A stretch of 58,018 bases of DNA, counting the filler, from Gonapodya sp. JEL0774 (taxonomy: Eukaryota), in NCBI GenBank assembly GCA_027604505.1. It is 5 parts of 5 records of this genome, joined end to end, with 100 filler letters (N's around TTAATTAATTAA, not from the genome) between each part and the next. Parts side by side here need not be neighbours in the genome. Positions count along the whole stretch, not along the records: positions 11,735 to 23,268 come from JADIIX010000355.1; positions 23,369 to 34,901 come from JADIIX010000356.1; 3 more parts are not named here. One strand, written 5' to 3'. Below the pieces are notes generated by a model, which was given only the letters and a program-made list of their open reading frames with translations, was not told the DNA's origin and ran no database searches. Below are positions 11,735-26,098 of this stretch, piece after piece; position 1 is the stretch's first letter; every line of letters starts with the position of its first letter. Made by a program: the position numbers and the translations under genes.

Positions 11735-14484
11735 CATGACGTGGATCTAGAGCCGCGGTAGCAAAACAAATGAACTCCTTCCGCGCCCCTGACATATTCG
11801 TTAGTTTTTCATAGGAACCTTACCTGGGCGGTGTACACGTGCCGGTAGAAGCTGCTCGCACGTGTTGGCACCCCAGGTGGCAACAAGGGAGCCGACGACA
11901 CTGCACCCGAGTAGGAACGACCACATTAAAATGGGGACGGGGTACCACCCTATCCACCAGGGGATATTGTGCGCGTTGGAGGAATGACATTAGACACGGC
12001 AGGCAGACCGGAAACTTCTGTAACCCGTCCCAGCTTGCCCTACGGTCCCCACACTTTCTCTTGACTGCACTGTAATTGCTAGCGCTGACCTCGACAGCGG
12101 CCGTGGTCCCTGCGACAATCAAAGTCCCATAGCGGCTCTTGATTAATTTCACCACAAACCCAGCGAGGACCAAGCTGCAGAGAAGCGCCGCACTCGCACT
12201 CGCTACCGTTGTTGTTTCCTGTGGAGCAAACGAAAGTGTGCGTACGGGAAGCACAAATTCCAAGTCCATACTTCCGATATCCGCTGCCTGATCAGTGAAG
12301 TTGCCTGAGGCGGAGAGGCTGACTGAAACAGCATGACCCTTCAACGAGGACAGGGCCGCGGCGGTTAGTCTCCACGCTACATGTCCCACGCGGTCTGCAC
12401 CTTGTCTAGCACCAGACGCGGGCGTTGCCAACCGCCTGGACAGTTCTTACGTGGCGGGTAATGAAGATTGCATAAGGGTTTTTGGGGGACCCCCACAGAA
12501 ACATGGTACGTTGTTTGGTAGGATTGAATTATTGCGCAGCGGCCCCATTTGACGATGGGCTGTGTTTCCACGATCACTGGCCAACCCGTCTTCCTGTCTC
12601 CTTACTCTGGCCCGGGCCCATATCTGGCACCCTACCAGACCAGCCAACTCGATCGCGGACTTTCACCGGTGAGAATAAATAGAATCCTGGATGGACTGGG
12701 CGGGAAGGTACGTCGGCTGTGTCCTCGATGGGGATGAGGCCCGTAAAGGGCTGGAGTCTTCATCAGTGAGAGGGGGGTCGAGGGAGTGTTGGTGAGAGAA
12801 GGAAGGTTGAAGAGGTTCCGATTGATGGGGGGGAGTTGGTTTTATGAGATGGTTGTGAGGGGTCTGGCGGGATCGAAAGATGTCGGTGCTGGATCCGAGA
12901 GCACAATTACTCGAAAAGGATGGAATTCCACAATGACCCATACTGAGCAATGGACAGAAAACCGACATGGTCACTGTGGCCGCCTGTTGATACCAGCATT
13001 CTGTTCCGCAACACCCCCACTAGATCAGGCCCACTTCCCGTGCGCGTTCATTGTGTTCAATTGCGCCCCCTTTCCGACAGTTTCCACAACGGGTAGGGGA
13101 GTTGAAGCCGATCGGTGCTTCAAAAATTGAAGATAGCACAAACAAGACGTGCAAAACAAGATCCTCTCCGAAGGGATAAATGAGGATTCGTGGTTGTTGT
13201 ATTGTCATTGTGCACGTGAAAGAGGTTGCCATGGGGACCTCAAATTGTAGACTATCCAAGGCAATTGTAATGGAAGTAGAGCATCGCTGGGTTCGCTGCA
13301 ATTTGACACCGCCTCCAGCTGGCAAATCCTATCTCTTGCAGCCCCGCCACACATATCATGATACTGAGATAATCATACCGGCGAATCAATCGACACCTGA
13401 ACACACCAGTTGAGCTTTTACGATGTGGCATCCCATCCAGCCACCACATAATCCGCGATTTCCGGAAAGGCCAACTCTTGCTTTCTGGCACAGACGCGCT
13501 GCCAACGCTGACACGACCTGAGGATGCCCTGGTGGATAAAGTGAGCCCTTTCAGTCAGCTATCCGGGGTGAGACTAGTGGTTACCACAAGCGCAGTAAGT
13601 TCCCTGAGCCTGGTACTTACAGGATGACTGTATCATGCAGTGTAGAAGGAGCGAAGCGCATGTACCGATGGGATGTTTGGAATAGTAGAATTCTCAGACC
13701 ACCTGAATAGCTTCCTGTATTTCTGATTGCTTTGAGTCGCATCAGATGGTTTTGGTGGCACCCTCTCATTGTCCTGATGAAGAATGCCGCGAGCGACTGA
13801 GACAACAACTTCCTCGTTGGATCCACAGACAATCGAAGAAGAGGATAACCGTTCTTCCTTGAAAGCACTTAAGATTTCGGCGGGCAGAAAGGTGGATTGA
13901 ATCGCCCATGAAGGCAAGCAAATAGGCAGAGAGGTGTAAAGCTGCCATGGCAGAGGTATCATACAACCGAAGCGCCTCCCCGGAATGAAGATACTAGCGT
14001 GCAAGATCTTCCACTTCCAATTCAGATGCCCTGTGTACGTTGGAATGAGATATCCGAAGAAAACGGTTTGAGTTGTTCGTATTCGGTCAGGTATTGGGAC
14101 GGGTACAGAATCTAGACCCTATGTGGAATCAAAGAGGAGGATGTTCCAGAACAGATATGGAAAGAAGGACATGATACCGGCGTCAACCCTACGGACACTC
14201 TTCAACCAGTTCGGGTCACAAATGGATCAGAAGTTGGTGGGACATTCGCGGGCACATGCAGACTCCGCCACCCCAATTCTGGTTTACATTTCTTTGCGAA
14301 AACGGTGATTGTAATTGATGATCAAGGATATATCGCGAACACGTTGAGACTGGGCTCATTAAATGCACTGATGACTGAACCCCGAACCGTATGGAGGCAA
14401 GCTGACACCGCACTCAACCTCCTCCCAACATCATTCGTTTTTGAACCTCTATCCTTGCAAATAAGCCACGGACAACTAACTTGA

Positions 14485-16778
14485 ATGGCCGCTGCGGCTG
14501 ATCCTCGATATCCGCTTTGGAGACAAACCGCTGTCCTTATAACTGAAGTATTTCACATGCTCCAGAGAACGAATCCCAATGACATACCGGGACACTTCGT
14601 GTCTGAGATCCACGCTCTGAAGTCGGATCTGCTCAAAATCTATCATGAAATTTCGACTGGCATTGTTGAGCCGTTCAAGGGCGTGCAGGCTGAAGAGCTG
14701 GAGGCCATGTGAGCGTTGGTTCGCATAGTCATGAACTCAACTTTTGTCTCTCAACGAGCGCCCTCCCCGTTTCAGCGAGCTACTCTTGCCTATCCTACAC
14801 CGCTGTTTTCTCATCGTTCCTCGCGACAAGAATGCAAAACTGTACCGTGCTATCTTCCCTCTGAGAGTCTTCAACCCCGAAAACATTAAGCAATCCACCC
14901 TTTCTCTTTCATTTTGGCAGTTGATGGAGAACCACCTGGCAACTTTTGATAGCGCAACTGACTTGTTCGGGAAATCTATTGCGAGTCGCCTAAATAAGAT
15001 ACAGTTCAACCAGCAGTTGCTTAAGTGGTTTCAAACAAACTATCGGTGGCAGTGGCTGGATTTATTCTTGCAACAGGAGCGTACCACGGAGAATGATCTG
15101 AGAAATTGGCTTGGTAGGAGGTCATCCATGTCACTCTCACGTTCTGTTAGCTCCGATTAGGCTCAAATCTTCGGCGACAGGAAAGTCCGGAACACCCAGT
15201 AATGATCTCGTGCTGAAGACCAAACCACTGCTGATGGGATGTGAGATTCTACAGAGCAAACTTTTTGAAGGATTTAACATTCCTGATCGCTATGTGAGTT
15301 TATCTCTTGTTTCGGTGCCCGCTCCAATCGTACCCAATGTCCCCGTTCCTTGTTTAATGTTCCAGGTTGCCCCATTCACCTACACTGAAGGTGCCTTCCT
15401 TTACATTGTGAGTGTTGTGAGTTTTGAATACCTTTGACCTGGTAGCCACTGTTGAATCCGTGTCAGACAAAGGAATTTATTTCATTTGCCGCTGAAAACA
15501 TGGAACACGTCATGGAGCACTGATTACGCCTACAATGGTGGTGAATATTACTGGATCTTGGTAGGGGAAAATGGAGACTGCGTGAGACTGGAGGTCTCAG
15601 ATCTCTCAGTTCCTGGCAAAATGCTGGTGATCAAGGCCGCCGGCCATAAATTTCACTACCGCTTTGAAAGCACAGAGGATTTATCACAGACGTGGGACGA
15701 GATCAGAGATCTCGAGAACTGGGCGGGTGAGGTGGTCAAGAAACTGCACCGAGAGAACAAGAATTTCCAAATTTTATCGAGAGGCGACGCCGTAAGTTCA
15801 GGGAAGCAACCTGTTGCAAAAAGACGCAAGAAGTTATGTAATCCCGGCTTTGCTTTTTTCTGTCCCATTTCGAAGCATATGATGGATATCAAGAAGGTTC
15901 CGTTGCGAGTCAACATGTTGTCACTTGATATTTTACTGCAAACTACCACTTTTCTTAGATTATTTTGTCCAAATTTCTGACACCACCAACCACACCGGCA
16001 TCTGCAATGGAAGTCCACACTCAGTTTGATATTTTGTTACAAACTGAGAAGTGGGCGTCGCAGATTCCAGATATTGAGGCCTGTATGAATGCAGACTATG
16101 TCCGTGATAAGTTTAAAGAGATTGCGAAGATGATGAGGAGAAGGAAGGAGGACAGGAATGTGGACGCTCTGCTTGCTCATGGGTACCAGCAGATTTTTCG
16201 TGAGTTCTTCAAAATTTAGATCATGTCACATTGCGGACTTCCAATGCTTAGGGACCAGAGCTACGCAATCAACATCTTTCAGAGAATTGATTGCTCCGCA
16301 AGAACAGTCCCTGGAAGCGTCCCTGATGGTGTCAGTCCCCTCTGTCTCTTTGAATGATTTCACAAAGGTGAATATTTCATTCGTATCTCATTCTGCAGGT
16401 AACTCAGGTCTGCTACCTATTTTGTAGCAAGTTCTTGAGTTCAGATACAGTCACCCGAAGAGAAATCGTCTGCATCCGGCACTCAGTGACAACGAGCAAC
16501 TGAAAGTCTTACGGTTTCACGCAACCCTAGAGGCACAGTTCAGATGGAACGGAAACCTGCGGTTTGCGAGAATTGCTTACTCTATGTTTTATCATTTGGA
16601 TCATATGGATAAAGAGGCACAAAGAGCAGTCATCATCGAGAACCATACACAACAGATAGCGACCGCAAATGGTAAGAATAAGACTATTTCCATGAGTTGT
16701 ATGTTTTCTGAACGTATGATGCTCTGTTTTACAGAACTTCGCCAGAGGGACGAGAGGAGGGGGAGCTCGTCTAGATAA
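14485..16778 (+). CDS. Hypothetical multi-exon protein of unknown function (boundaries approximate)
   Basis: A chain of plus-strand ORFs (14485, 14744, 15111, 15486, 15965, 16584) separated by short GT..AG stretches. No family recognised. Confidence 0.5.
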
Positions 16779-16957
16779 CCATGCGCGATTGCAGAGTTCG
16801 ATTTTTGACCACTCTACCCAATACAGAGCAAATTTTTCAGCCAGCTATTCACATTAACGTACATTCAGCTGTTCGTCCATAAACTATTCGTGTTCGCCGG
16901 GGTCGGTTTCAATTTGATTTGTTTCTTTCTTTCTTTCTCTTTTTTCTGTGATTTATT

Positions 16958-16978
16958 TTTATTATTATTATTATTATT
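16958..16978 (+). repeat. (TTA)n microsatellite in a T-rich tract
   Basis: About six consecutive TTA units. Confidence 0.85.
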
Positions 16979-18016
16979 TTGTCTTTTTGTGGTTTGATAA
17001 CATTTCAATTGTAGGGAAATGAAATGAGTTTTGTTCCAATCGAAACCCGACGTTGACCTTCTGTATTCTGAAACTGCTGGATCGGATCGTGAAGGATATA
17101 TGGTGACCACAGGGCCGTGTGCGAATAAAGAGCCATACTGGTACGGCGAGAAAGCCATACTTCATGTTTGACTAAGTTGCTTGAAGGGTAGCACAGGACC
17201 ACAAGGCAACATTCCACGATGCTTGAACAGGTAGCAGAGGACCACCATGCGACGTTTGGTTCTTTTGGCTGAAATTAGGTAAATGGGAGCCTCCGTCCGT
17301 CCTTCAGAACAGTCACCCCAAAGATAAATAGAACGTGGAAGTGGCTGCTTATGACAGATCAAGCATATTCGGATATAAATATCATCTCGGTGCTTCAAAT
17401 GCTGCAGGAAACCTCCAGAACAAAGTACGCGCACTATGTTTGAAAGCAACACATCCACGTTGAATCAATCTACTCTGATACATGTTCCGATATACTTGTA
17501 ATACCTCACTCCGCATCAGTGTACAACAGCTGCAACACAGTAACCTCCCTCCGGCAATACTTCATACGTACTCCAAATCAGTCGGACTCTCGTGCATGAA
17601 GAAGACTTGCTCGGACCATTTGGACGAGTGAAGTCGTTCATCAGGGTTGAATACCAGGAGTTGTGACAAAAAACTTTGCAGGGCTATGCAGAACGATCAA
17701 ATCGCAAGTTTCGTGTGAGGACGTGGTTATCAAAAGAAATAAGTGGAAACATAAAGAGAAGGGGCATTGACGAACAAACGTGGGATATCGGATTGGGCAT
17801 CCGCGGACCGTGTATGCATACTTTCCACATCTTCAAATTCAAAGTCCAACATCGCAATCTTGGCCGCACATGAAAAAAGTCATGTGATAAACTCATGATT
17901 CCAGAACAGCTAACCTGGGCTTGGTTTATGAGTGCAATCGATTTTCTGCCAAACTTGCTGGTTGAGCTGTAGATGCTCCTCTAAGCATCACCAGAACAAT
18001 TCAAAATGCTTGAGTT

Positions 18017-19735
18017 CTATTGCCCTGACCACTGGCGCTCACCATTCTCCCAGGCTTCCCGAAATAAGGCCTCCAGAATGTTTTTCTGCTTGGGCGCCAG
18101 GAGCTTGAACATTGCTGACCCAACTGCCCAGATATCCACAGAAGTCGCTGTCTCTCTTTCCGCTATTTCAGCTCTGAGAAATTGCGGGGGAGTCTGACAG
18201 TTGGGAGCTGGACGGGGACGGATTTTGCCGGCGGGGTACGGACTGTCCAAGTAAAAGCTAAACCCAAAGTCCACAAGCTATCAGGAGGAAGCACAGGTGG
18301 TTTAAACTGAATGGCACTCTTGCAGTAGCTATACTCACCACGATCTCATCATCAACAATCAATACGTTGGTTTCACTTGGCTCCCCGTGGGCAATTTGGG
18401 GGCGGGCAGCTCTTTTCCCTTTTCCAACACCGGCCATTCGAGTTCCGTGTATCTCTTGAATTGCTAAAGGAATTCGCTTGATCCACTTGCGAGCCTCCAC
18501 CACTGTCAAGTGCGCTGCGTTTGCTATAAGTGTTTCCAATCTGAGCACCCTGGGTTGACCTCCAGTGGATCGACTGTTAGCTGGACTTTCTACGCCCCCT
18601 TTTGGTCGACTCCTTTCTGAGACATCTTCCATGATAATGAGGTCACAGAAGGATGGGTCGAATATGTTGTATGTGTGAGGGAAGCGGACAAGATAGTATC
18701 CTAGAATCTCCGGAACACAACGACATTCGTGAAGTTTGTGCAACATCAGGGGTTCTGCCAGGGGGTGGATCGGTTTACCACCGCTGAGACTAGATGCCTT
18801 GAAGATGTCGGGTTTTGTGGCACCATGCTTCAGCTGCATACTGTGGTGAAATTGGCAGTATGACTCTTCATCGAAGTGTGTGAGTGGGTGTGTAGGGGAG
18901 TGGCCAGATCTTTTACGAGATTTGTGAGCAAACTTGAAGACCTTGAAGAGAACACAAAAACCTTGAACAAGTGAGCGAAAAGATGACATTACAAAGAATA
19001 TGCTCACATACCCTCGGAATCCCTGTTTGCTTTTCTTGGACACCAAAAACGATTCCAAATCCTGCTTTTGCAATTGGGTCGACGGTTTCCCAGTTGAATG
19101 AAAGAGCGATGCGAGGCGTCATGATGTACTGAATTGTCCCCAGTACAATGTCCCTCTTGAGGATTGCCATCTCGATTGACGCTGTTGTCAGCACTCCATT
19201 ATCAAAACGATAGTCCAGAGCATTGAACAAGATCTCATGGAAATCCGGGTCTGGTACTTGACGAATGCGATGCCTCAACAAGGCGAGTACTGTCATTGAT
19301 GGATTTACGTCACCTCCAACAGGGAGGGAGCACACACTTTGATAGAATCAGACGATCGACTCACAGTGATCGTCATCTCCACCCAGTCTTAGATCTCGAA
19401 CGAGCGTTGATTTGTATTCGTTGAACAGCAATGCTGATTCATGGTAACGCGTTGGATGGACTGTTTGGTAGACTCAAAGGGTCAACGGTCTCACGATATC
19501 GCATTGCGGTGTCCATGATGGCGCTAAACACAGCCGACTCTTTAGCGAGAGTGGCGTTCAGACGGAGGAGGCGATTGGCAAGTGTTGGCACACCCTGCGT
19601 GTGGGGTTTCAGACGCAGCGGTCGCGGGTCGTGGAGATTGCCAGGGATGATAATGTTGACGTTTTCTGCGCTTGTTGCCATTTTTTCGAGAACGGGATTC
19701 AAGAGAGCGTATAGCATGCAAGTTAAGTTCGTCAC
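18017..19735 (-). pseudogene. Degenerate protein kinase-like gene
   Basis: Kinase subdomain motifs: LIIMEDV, IQEIH...IAHGEPSETNVLI (catalytic loop), LVDFGFS and SVDIWAVG. The catalytic Asp is replaced by Glu, upstream frames shift, and a stop follows soon after subdomain IX. Confidence 0.65.
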
Positions 19736-20864
19736 ACCGAAGGAAATTCAGCTGAAGTTCCCGTTGAGAACCGGAGAAGCCAAAGTTCAGAGAAGAGTAT
19801 ATGAAAATTTTCTTGGACAATATACATTTGTAACACCACAAAAATAGAAAATACTGATTCGTTCGTCCGTCTTGGCATCCTGCGGGATCCCTCAAACTGA
19901 TTTCAGAATCCACCTTGCACGTTGCCCCCGACGACCGCTGCGTTTTCAGGTTTACAATTGCAAAGTCCATCTATCTAATACTCTCTCGGTGCTCATCACG
20001 AACCGTAACTACCAGGTTGAAAGGGACGTTCTTGCCCACAACTGACAAAATGGATGACAGACGGAACTCACGGGAGTTGCGACACAGAACGGTCTCAGCA
20101 TACCGATTCGGTTGCTCTATGCGCCTCAATTTGACAAGTCTGGACTGAAATATTTATCTCTCTCCGGTGATTTGATTGCTGTTGGACGTTGGCCGGCGGT
20201 GACCCATGTATCCGCATGAACCGCCATCGCCCAATTTCCACCTAGGCGTTTTACGCGCAGAGACATCTGAGGATGCCAACTCGCTTGCCTTATCTGTATT
20301 TCTGGAGGAAGCGCAGGTGAGCGACCTGTTCTCTACGATTCCGTGAAGGTACGATATCTCGTTCGACCTCGCTCGTCTTTCAACTGATGCAGAACAGATT
20401 TCGACCGTAGGCCGTAGAGGTGAGTAGTTTGGATTTGGGCATATATATGAGGTACCACGCCCTGGATTGGAACTAAGTGGGCATCAGGGGGACCGGACTT
20501 AAAGGGAATTGTTATTCATCGGTGGGCAGACAGTACAATGCCCTGAGGATTGAAAAATGCATCAATGGGAGACGACGAATCCACTGTAAAGGGACAGCTG
20601 TACGGATTAGATGGGAGTCGACGAGAGAGCCGTGACGCCGATCGTTGGATTGGCCGAGGTTGAGTGCAACCAGTATGTCCACCAAGAGAGAATGCAAGCC
20701 AAATGGGGACGATTCCTTCCTTATTAGAAAACCGATCGATAGTATGAATTTGACTGTAGTTTCGTGAGCACATTGGTACATAAACTAATGCAAGAGATGA
20801 TATCACATGTCAGGAACTAAGCCTAAACCCTTTGACTTCCGCCGTCATCCAAAACCTTGAACCC

Positions 20865-21864
20865 ATGACAACGACTGCGGCACCTGATTCGCAGATACCA
20901 CACGCAGAACTGACACCGGAACTGCGGCTGTCGTACTACAAGAAGGCCTCCGAGCTTGTTGCGGCTGTCCAACCTGGCATGAACTCGTTGCCTCTCAAAC
21001 CTCTGAAAGAGTACATGCAATTGAGCTCCGGCGTAACCTTCGGTGACAAAATGTTTCGAGCTCTCAGAGATACAGTTAAAAATTTGAAGCATTGCTGCCG
21101 AAGCCCGCGGACACGACTTCTGTACGAGTTCATATGGAGAGATGGCTGGGATCTACCGCGTGTCCCCCCCGATCAGCTGGACGGCCAGCTCGAGATGGCT
21201 GTGTCCTCACTGGCGGCGAATATTAACAAGATACCAGGGCTTTTTGTGAAGCTTGTCCCTATCACTTCCGACTTGCAGGCTTCTCTCGAGTCTGAAGGAG
21301 AATCCCCAGAGTATCCAGCGTGCGACACCGTCATCTTCAACGGCATCTTCATTTACGCGGACGCGCTTGTCTTAGCTGCGACTCTCTGGTCTCACCGGCC
21401 GGATGAGGCAAGCTCGTCGTCGTTGGAAGACTGCGGTGTGGAAGCCCGATGGCTGTGGACCTCAATCCTCGTTTGGATAGCACGCGCGAATTTGTTTGGA
21501 TTGACCGCGGCGATATACGTGAACAGGTGAGTCTCTCGAGGTCTCGGAAGGCTCGGGGGCAGGTTGCGGGCGACGTTCCTTGCATCACAAATCCATTTTT
21601 CTCATTGTTACCAGCGAAAAAAACATTATTGGAACGTTACCCCTTCAAGCCACAATCGACAACCCGCAGATCTTTCGAGACCCGACCAAGAGGGAAATGC
21701 GAGCCCTTGAAGACGCTTTGACTGCCACCAACCTGAACAAGGAGGAGAGGGGAAGAAAAAACAAGCCTGCGAAGGAAGTCGTGGAGAGTACAGAAGAGGA
21801 TGTGATGGAAACAGATGAGGAAGATGACGAGACGGACGAGGAGCTGAACACGGATGGTTTCTGA
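20865..21864 (+). CDS. Hypothetical protein with an acidic C-terminal tail (at least 2 exons)
   Basis: A 232-aa ORF ends at a GTGAGT donor (about 21527). An AG acceptor near 21613 continues into SEKNIIG...EEDDETDEELNTDGF. Confidence 0.6.
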
Positions 21865-23268
21865 AGTTGAAAGGGCGGTGAGCAGTCAAGTGAGTGGTGA
21901 GATGTGTAATTCAATCAAAATCTCATATTGCATGTTCTAACTAGAGGTTTCATCTTTTCCAGACTTGTTCGAAAACAATGTCAGCACATTGGTGTGAGCA
22001 CGCAAGCACAACAACAAAATATGATCGACCGAGTTTCTAAGAAAAAGAATTCCCACGCTTCTTCATCAACACAGTATTCATTTGGGATTCATTTGTAACC
22101 TGCTCTGAAGTAAAAAAACTAGACTGTTTCCCACCGATTTTGATTTGGATGCAAGAATGTTTGATACACCTGCCTGCGGGCTCATGCCGAGCGCAAACTC
22201 TACACTTCTGAAAACAATGTTAACACGTCTGACAGGGAATTTTCTGGTGTGCGTGGCTGTGATCGCTGTCGTACATTTCTGACTGTGATATGATAATCGG
22301 GTTTGTAGTGTGTTTTGGTACCCGTTGTCCGCTACTGCAAAACGTTTTGAGAACAGGCACGGGTAGGGCTGATTCGAGGGGACGGGTGGACAGAGCGTGA
22401 GATTAGTGCTTTAAGGCATAGATTCTGTGCGATCCGTGAAAGGTGAGTTGCAGCATTCCTTGTGTTGGAGTAGACAGCGCGAGCAAGGAGATCACATGAG
22501 AGGACACGGAAAACGACACTGAGATACCCGAAAAGTGAGAAAGAGGAGAATCCCTGATTCTGTCATTTGGGAGTCGCAATACGTACTCCGACCAGCCCAG
22601 AACTTACACTCGGTCACCCACTTCACTGTGATGACGGAGGGACCATTATTGGCACTGCTCGCGCACAGTCAGCAAGCTCTGATCACGTCTCAGAGTGACC
22701 CTTCCGCACCTGTTGTCGTGTTCCCCCACCGCCAGCACCAATCCCCATGGTCTTCTCTCACCCTTACTGTCTGACACTGTGAAGTGTGCATGCTCTATTA
22801 TATGATGGGTATAGATACACCATGTTTTGAAAGGCGGTAGAATCGGGTGCGTTCTGTTCCGCGTATCGTATATTCTCTGTGTTTGTTTATTCCAGATACG
22901 GAGGTGGCGGTAGCAAAAACGATGTTGAATGCGAATGGTTTGAGTGATTTGACAACAACTTGGAGGAAAGCTATCCCGGGGTTTGGATGGTGACGACATG
23001 GTTTGATTCGTGCACCGTATCTCACAACCCACAACGCACCGCACTAGGTACCCAGAGGGACTCCTTCCATGCTTCACACGCACGGAATCTAGACCTCAGC
23101 TGCTTTCAATGCGCGAGCTAGATGCTACATTGCTCGACCTACATTTCTGCGCGAAATCCGGTGCACTGTGTGCAATCGGATTCTCGGAACACGGATTACA
23201 TGGATATCCTCCACGTCTCTATGATTCCCCATTGCTTTTGCTACCCGCGGCTGCAGATCCACGGCACA

Positions 23269-23368
23269 NNNNNNNNNNNNNNNNNNNNNNNNNNNNNNNN
23301 NNNNNNNNNNNNTTAATTAATTAANNNNNNNNNNNNNNNNNNNNNNNNNNNNNNNNNNNNNNNNNNNN
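23269..23368. other. Artificial contig linker
   Basis: N44-TTAATTAATTAA-N44. Confidence 0.97.
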
Positions 23369-26098
23369 AAGCCGCCGACCTTGTCCACGTTCTCAATTTC
23401 AAGCTCCACATCTCGTTGAAGACATCGACGTGTTGCCAGAGCGGTAGCAACATCGGCAAACGGCTCTGACTTCTCGTTGCTGCCGGGTCGGGCAGAACGT
23501 GGTGCTCGAACCCCAGCGAGGACAAAAGTGAGACTCACGTTCTCCTTGGGAACTGACGTAGCGACCATAAGGATGAGTTGAAATGTACGATAAAGAAAAT
23601 CCCAACGGAGCCAATACGCACTGTACACTCTATAGCGCCCCGCATTTGCCACAAACTCCACAACGCCGGGCACACCCTTTGATCTCTTCCAGAAACCCAA
23701 AAACTGCTTCGCCTTGTTCACATTCTCGGACGCGTCGTTCCTCTTCACTAGAGGCAATTCTTTACCCGAGTGAACACCCTTTTTCTGCTCGACGGCTTTG
23801 GCTTCAGCGGCTTGCAGAAGATCGAGATAGGGAGATCGGTCGTCATCATCTTTTCGGTGACGGAGAACAGTGGCCAGACCCTAGACGGATTCAACATCGA
23901 TTCCTTGGTGCCTGTGGATGGTAACCGTACTGAACTGCCCACTCACCCTCGCAAGCATCAATTCCGATACGTTCTGTCCGCCAACAGTAATTGTGGCGCA
24001 TTCGCGTTCCTCTTGGAAACCTTCTTGAGGAGGCTTCACATAATCCACGCGGATGTGCACGCGGCGTCCGATAAGCTTGGTGCGCAGGAATTCCTAATTA
24101 GAGAAAGATCCGATAAGGTGATCCTTCGCTTCGTCAATGTTCAGTGCCAACGAACCTTCGCCTCGAAACTGTAACCACCTTCAACTCCTTTACCCGCGCT
24201 CGCTGGTCTTGTTGGTTGTCTCAAACTGCTCAACCACAACTTCCGAGTCACCCCTTCCTTTCCCTCCACCTCTACCTCCACGCACTCCCCATTTACGACC
24301 CTCGTCACAACTGCATCAAACTCCCCGCGAGAGGTGGATGGTTTCGCGACGAAATCGCGCCAGAGGCGGAGACGAGAGTTCTTTGCGGCGGTTTCGGCGG
24401 CGCGGAGTGGGGGCAGAGGGAGTGTGCGGACGGACAGGGACCAGTCTTGGATTTTGGCAAAGCTGGTAGATTTCACTGGGAACATGAGACAAAGAATGTG
24501 ATTTACTCTCCGTTAACTGATTTGATCACTCACCCTTCTTGGAGCAACACTTCCGCGATGTCTCCCTTGGGATGCACGACGCTACCCACAAAAGTTGTAC
24601 CATTTTGCGCCATACCTTCAAGACGGACCTTGACGTCGCGGTGTAAGATACGTTGCTCGACAAAGTAGCGTGCTTCTTCAGCGAAGGGTTCGAGAAGGTC
24701 CTGGGAGGAGATATCGACAAGAGAGATCAACCGGCAGTGAGAAGAACTCTTTGGCGGGAGGAGATAAAACCAGAATGAGCATACCTCGATGCCCGGAACA
24801 TCTTTTCGGTACACCGGTGCTTTGACACCGGCTAGTTGAAGGAGGAGAGAGACTTGGGGACCCATGGAGGGGATAAAGAGTACGCGGTAGGTAGAGCCAT
24901 CGCGAATTTGCTCGACGACAGCTGAAGGGGCAGAAAGGAGGTAGAGAGTCAAAAGATGAAATTTTGTATGTGCAAATGACACATCTTTCGTCGTTCTGAT
25001 GTGTCCAGGACAGCAAGTCTGTGATCCCCAAGCTACTCACCGTCAACATCCTTCCCCTTCCACAGATCCAAAAGGGCTTTGCTCTCATCTTTGGATAAGT
25101 CGTAACGTACTTCGCGAGTTTTGGTGCCGGCCTCCGGGTCCCAAATGCCTTTTTGGGCGAACTGAGCTTGAGCTTCGAGCTGAAGGAGGTGAGCGTGTTC
25201 CCTAGTCCGGAGTACCCAAAATGACGAAATTTGTGTCGACACGTCAGCAGAGATTCGAAAGAATTCGTTCCGCGTTACAAGTGAATGCCCCACCAAGGCG
25301 GAACATGCTCTTTGTTATACGGAGGGGAAATCGTGCAGACAAAAAGCCCTCATTTTTGATACTCACTCCGCTTTTTCGCTCTTGCCTTCTGCGGGTTTGA
25401 CCTTGAGCCAACCCTCAGTAACAGCGATCCTGGTCACGTTTTGTTCACCGCCAACTGCCTGGTTAGGTGGAAGATAGAGGGCACCAAACTCGCGCTTGTT
25501 GGTTGCGGTTGTGTAATCGACTCGGAATGCAACTTCTTTGCCGACGAGGAGGCGGCGGAGGTGTTCGCGAGTAGCGAAAGCGTGGGGCTGGCAAAATCAA
25601 CATCACAAAGGGGACAAGAATGAGTGCGACAGCACAAATTGGGTTTAAAGAAGCGCACACTCTTGAAAAAGAGAATTAGAAACCACTGATGGACGTGGCG
25701 TGGGTCAACGATCCTCGCGCCTGGACTGGCATCGGCTGCGCCAAGCCGAGAATCGAGAGAGGGCGTACCTCCACTCAATCCAGAGACTTCAATGATCCTC
25801 CAATTGGCACCAATAACGCAAAGAATTGCAAGCTGACAGCAATCCGTGAAAACAAGTGCCCCGGTTGGGTCCTGTCAAGACACAAGAATTGCCCGCAACC
25901 ACCCACCTCCTCCTTACTTGGCTCCTTTGCATTTCCGAGTCTAGGAGCTACTACATCGGCAAAGGAGAACAGCTTTTCGGGTGGTGGTCCGTTGGCCGTT
26001 GGTTTCCCGCGAAGAGCAACTGTGTCATTTGAGACGAGGTGTTTGACAAATGCGCGTTGAGTTGGAGGAGGAAGCGAGTTGGAAGGAGATGTTGCCAT
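23369..26098 (-). CDS. SND1: Tudor staphylococcal nuclease (SND1/Tudor-SN), multi-exon, 3'-truncated by the contig end
   Basis: Repeated SNase domains: VKHLVSNDTVALRG..PPPEK, REYSRTP/RRLLVGKEV-type segment, AVVEQIRDGSTYRV..LAGVKAP, EPFAEEARYFVEQRILHRDV, KLWLSSLRQP and LAGVRAPR..EPFA..LQRDVELEIENVDKVGG. Confidence 0.93.

Noticed and set aside
11820..13491. 203-aa ORF 11820..12431 and neighbouring ORFs as a gene
   Set aside because: No recognisable motifs or consistent exon chain, so it is left unannotated.
13633..14004. HALRSFY as a possible tyrosine-recombinase HxLR motif (Crypton/Starship-like)
   Set aside because: A stop follows within a few codons and no other catalytic motifs were found in order. 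A four-residue match is insufficient.
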